Shown piece after piece: positions 62,375 through 64,000 of a DNA stretch of 64,000 nucleotides. Position 1 is the first letter of the stretch; every line of letters begins with the position of its first letter. Both the position numbers and the translations under genes were made by a program. Under the pieces are notes generated by a model. That model had not been told where the DNA came from. It searched no databases and saw only the letters and a program-made list of their open reading frames with translations. The stretch lies in NCBI RefSeq assembly GCF_036321535.1, contig NC_087437.1:96908001-96972000 (forward strand), written 5' to 3'. The DNA comes from Camelus dromedarius. Taxonomy: Eukaryota.

Positions 62375-62560
62375 ATTTATTCATTCATTCATTTATTCGT
62401 TCCCTCTTTTATTTATTTGTCAGATATTTATGGATAACCAATAGGAATGAGTCTCCTGTATTCGAAACAGATATGGAAACCACTCTTAGGAAGCTTACAG
62501 ACTTAGTGGGAGTGGCAAGAACTTATAAATATCTGAAATGCATCATCAGCAAAAATAAAG
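62375..62560 (-). mobile_element. L2 3' end
   Basis: ttattcattcattcatttattc...ctcttaggaagcttacagacttagtggg. Confidence 0.7.
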
Positions 62561-62579
62561 GGGTGGAGAGTTTAGCTAA

Positions 62580-63097
62580 GCTACTCCATGTATTGCTGCA
62601 TCTGCATCCATTTGGTGTGACCAAGTGTCCTGCAGAGACCTTAAACTGACACTAGCCCCCTTATGCAAGGACATTCCTTAGATAACAGCCAAAAAGTCAC
62701 AAGCAAATATAAGTCCGTAATATGACTCCCCCCAAATTCCTCGTGATCAAGTGTCTCTTGACTCCCAGTACCTGCATGCCTTATGTGCCCCTTGGATAAG
62801 ACCTCTGTGGGACTACCAAAATCCCATTCTTTTTGTTTGAACTGACCAATCTGACACTAGGCCAGGAATCCCAAAACACTCTAACTACAGATACTAAGTG
62901 CATCGGGTCCTGTCACTCTCTCTGCCTGCACACTGCTTTGATCTCTCCAAATGGGCCCTTGAGGTGTGCCTAGGACCTCCTCCAGGATCTGTGAGAAGTA
63001 AACTTCTCTATTTCAATTTCTCTTGTGGTCTTTTGTTGAACAGATTCACCATCTGGCACCCTGTGCTCCACTTAATAAATGTTAACAAAGTCATACG
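62580..63097 (+). mobile_element. ERVL solo LTR (MER54/MER73/MER74 group)
   Basis: catgtattgctgcatctgcatccatttggtgtg...aggacattccttagataacagcc; CCAAT, pyrimidine-rich R-like region and agtaaa at about 62997, GC-richer than flanks; exact family not verified. Confidence 0.7.
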
Positions 63098-63239
63098 ATA
63101 GATAAGTTTATAAACTCAGAAAAGTGAAGACAGGGAAAGTGAGACGTAAGGTACAAAGAAAAAATACAGTAGTTCCATAGACGAACTACCTTTTTAATAC
63201 ATTTCTGAAGAATGGGGGAAAGATAATTTGCAGTGAGCA

Positions 63240-64000
63240 AGTGGAGAGGGCAAACAGGCAGTCAGATACCTGGAAAATGATAGCTGGCTTTTTAAGATTT
63301 TGCAAGCAACTACTAATTACATATTTTTGAAATACAAATGATTTGGTGGGTGCAGAGTCTAGACAGGTAGACAGAAATCAGCGCCTGCCCCGGAGGCCAT
63401 AAGAGACCTCAAGGATAACAGGTGTCTTGAGTAAAAGATCAGCCTAGAAACAGTGTGGAGAATGATATGAAGGGGAGACACAAAAAGCAGAAAACTAGGT
63501 CCTGATATTTTCTGTGAGGTAATGTACTTTACTTAATTCAAGCAGAACATCCTACCCCCAAGATCCTTAACTTCATCACATCTCTAAAGAATGTTTCTCC
63601 ATATAAAATAACATTTACAGGTTGCAGGGATTAGGATCTGATATCTTTGGGGCCGTTATTCAACCTATGACAGACCTACTTAATTGTAAGTGGCTGCAGG
63701 AATCGGGGTGTGAACATGGGAAATAGGAAACAGGATCATATGCTAAGAGAAGGTGGTGCTTGTCACACTGGATTCTTGCTTCATCAATTTCTGAAGTAGC
63801 AGTTGGGGAGAAGGGAGCAGAGAGCTGACTAGTTGCTAAGCAGTGTTCTGAATGGAGCAGAAAGACAGTTGTAAATATAGCAGTGGCAATAATCTGATGA
63901 GTAAGAGAAATGTTCCCCAGTCATCTTCAGATGGCTGGATGTAGGACTCAAGATGACAAGCAGTTGGATTAATCAGAGGCTTGAGTTAGCTCAGAATATG
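63240..64000 (-). mobile_element. L2 internal fragments flanking the MLT1 piece
   Basis: aaagatcagcctagaaacagtgtggagaatg...cagttggattaatcagaggcttgagttagctcag. Confidence 0.55.
63545..63672 (-). mobile_element. MLT1C/D LTR 5' fragment
   Basis: caagatccttaacttcatcacatct...cagggattagga...tctttggggccgttattcaacctatgaca. Confidence 0.85.

Noticed and set aside
1..64000. tRNA, snRNA, snoRNA or known miRNA genes; CpG island; host gene name
   Set aside because: No sequence matching RNA families I can recall, no CpG island, and no exon I can assign to a known protein

Overview
AT-rich, CpG-depleted mammalian non-coding DNA. The youngest LINE-1 3' UTRs (59.2-60.6 kb, 33.0-33.3 kb, 25.6-25.9 kb) resemble camelid (alpaca/camel) L1 as I recall them, and I saw no Alu, B1/B2, BovB/Bov-tA, PRE1 or CanSINE. 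I cannot support any protein-coding gene, RNA gene, CpG island or CRISPR array. The ORF track is explained by L1/Tigger/LTR relics, microsatellites and chance. The window is a patchwork of old eutherian repeats (MIR, L2, MLT1 and ERVL LTRs, MER5A/MER8/MER20/MER33/MER58B/MER94/MER103C, Tigger6-like) and 5'-truncated L1s. Between them lie about ten TE-free blocks packed with SOX, PBX-HOX, homeodomain, FOX, AP-1 and TCF motifs. That suggests a large intron or gene desert of a developmental regulator, but the host gene is not identified and conservation was not tested. All recognisable L1 3' ends are on +, weakly suggesting a minus-strand host transcript. Best leads: a minus-strand polypyrimidine-AG/ATG/GTAAGT candidate 3-nt microexon (24112-24114), a plus-strand recursive-splice-like site (9599/9600), a nested-hairpin element (12580-12651), SOX/HOX motif clusters (27890-28018, 30691-30739) and a chimeric L1 (7000-8335). 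I found no convincing novel biological system. Repeat names are from memory of consensus sequences and most repeat boundaries are approximate.
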